NCBI RefSeq assembly: GCF_963921235.1
Contig: NC_086114.1
Span: 61,566,001-61,630,000 of the forward strand
Direction: 5' to 3'
Source: Mobula hypostoma
Lineage: Eukaryota
Length of the DNA stretch: 64,000 nt
A program made the translations under genes and the position numbers. Position 1 is the stretch's first letter; each line of letters begins with the position of its first letter. The notes beneath the pieces are model-generated. The model was not told the DNA's origin. It worked only from the letters and a program-made list of their open reading frames with translations, and searched no databases. Shown in pieces: positions 63,841-64,000 of the stretch.

Positions 63841-64000
63841 TGCCAGGCACTGAAGACCTGAGTTACAGAGAAAGAGAATTTCATTCCTTGGAACATCAGA
63901 CTGAGGTGGTGACTTTATAGTGGTGTACAAAATCATGAGGGGCATAGATAGGATGAATGGAGGTAGTCTTTTGTACTGGGAAAGAGAATGAAAAAACTAG

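Overview
Eukaryotic (vertebrate) genomic DNA. The repeat inventory (CR1, Rex1/Babar, RTE, Penelope-like, V-SINE/HE1-like, Tc1, pogo, Harbinger) suggests a cartilaginous fish, possibly a ray; this is inference. The only host gene is the 3' end of VPS13C on the minus strand. I traced 11 coding exons by hand (55006 down to the TGA at 1999; 1114 nt, all splice phases consistent), covering the ATG2_C-like and terminal PH regions. Most intronic sequence is nested transposon debris. Highlights: (1) minimal type-I hammerhead ribozyme motifs in Penelope-like element ends, with one copy that has an intact core (49286-49323) in the sense orientation of the VPS13C pre-mRNA, and a nearby 59-bp fold-back whose junction falls at the ribozyme cleavage site; (2) a candidate tiny alternative terminal exon (28231-28245, H-D-M-D-stop) that would give a PH-less VPS13C isoform; (3) a GC-AG intron; (4) a full-length DD35D pogo/Passer-type transposon, a 587-bp palindromic mariner MITE and several multi-level nested insertions. 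Boundaries of old TE fragments are approximate; no database searches were possible.
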